DNA of 64,000 bases, from contig NW_026262581.1 of the NCBI RefSeq assembly GCF_021869535.1, positions 62,558,001-62,622,000 of the forward strand. The letters run 5' to 3'. The notes beneath the pieces are model-generated. The model saw only the letters and a list, made by a program, of their open reading frames with translations. It ran no database searches and was not told the origin of the DNA. The DNA comes from Mytilus californianus. Its lineage: Eukaryota. The stretch's first letter is position 1. Every line of letters starts with the position of its first letter. The translations under genes were made by a program, and so were the position numbers. Positions 63,121 through 64,000 of the stretch are shown here, piece after piece.

Positions 63121-64000
63121 ACTAATTCTGTTAAAACGGTTTTTTTCCTCCGATGGTCTTGACAATTTTGAATACTCACTGGCCTCTCACAAATAATGAT
63201 GATTTCAGTTAAATTCTATGATAACAGGTACTCTTGGCTAGCTTCCTGTAGTAGCGAGCACATTTTGACCCTGCATTTCAAATTTGTTAACGTCCTTTAT
63301 TTCCTTGTTCCAAGTTATTCGTCATCCTGTTCTTACCTGCACTGTACAGGTTTTTTTAAAGCAATATATTTGTCTTTTACGATATATGATCTAGTTGAGC
63401 AACGTGAGAGCTTGTTTGCGCACGTAAAAACTGGCTTTACAAACTACATGTTGTACCTGTATCAAGTCTGAATATCTTGACACATTTGTTGTTCGATTTT
63501 GTTTGTGTACACGTATAAAACATTTTAGATTATTTATTGGTTAATTAATTTTTATCTTTCTTGAATTCACATATACATTGTATTTTAACTTTTAATTTTG
63601 AAGTAATCTGAAGTTTTGGCACGTATAAAATGTATTTGTAAATTAATGCTGTAGGTACTTTATTTATGGGTGGAAATTTGTTGATCGTATTGTATATGGT
63701 AATGTGAACAGTTTAAATCGATCTTCTTTCCCTAAAAACCTTCAGAATTACCATAATCATATTAATTTCAATGTTGTACGTAAATGATAAGTGGTCCGGA
63801 TTTTTAATCATCTTAGATGAGCTAGTAGTTTCATTGGTGTTAAATCGTGAGTAACGATGAATAAAAAATGATGTTTCCATTTTTACATTTACCTCACAAA
63901 GTGAAATTGAGCTTTATCATCGTTCATATGGCCTTGTCAATAATATAACATCAGTAGGTAGTGTAAATAACCATCAATAGAGGTCAAACAAGGGACATTT

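Overview
AT-rich eukaryotic nuclear DNA. The repeat families strongly suggest a bivalve mollusc, probably Mytilus-like (inference). No rRNA, tRNA or CRISPR was seen. One clear host coding exon is present (3116-4123, minus, 335 aa, unknown function), plus a possible last exon at the left edge. The rest is mostly decayed mobile DNA: Penelope-like (Naiad-type) RT fragments of two families (A and B), nested and inverted at 50.9-55.7 kb; CR1/L2-type LINE remnants; a Gypsy-like integrase; ISL2EU and Mutator-like transposase relics; Helentron-type HINEs; several MITEs; many copies of one SINE-like family; and two minisatellites. The main finding is a type-P5 twister ribozyme fold in three different repeat families, one of them the 3' region of the Penelope-like family B element. 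The fold shows compensatory changes in P3, P5, T1 and T2, and two palindromes stand in place of P1. The copy at 49910-50009 looks nearly intact. Two degenerate minimal hammerheads and an unexplained ~27-nt hairpin motif shared by unrelated repeat families also occur. Family names and RNA folds were assigned by eye and need computational confirmation.
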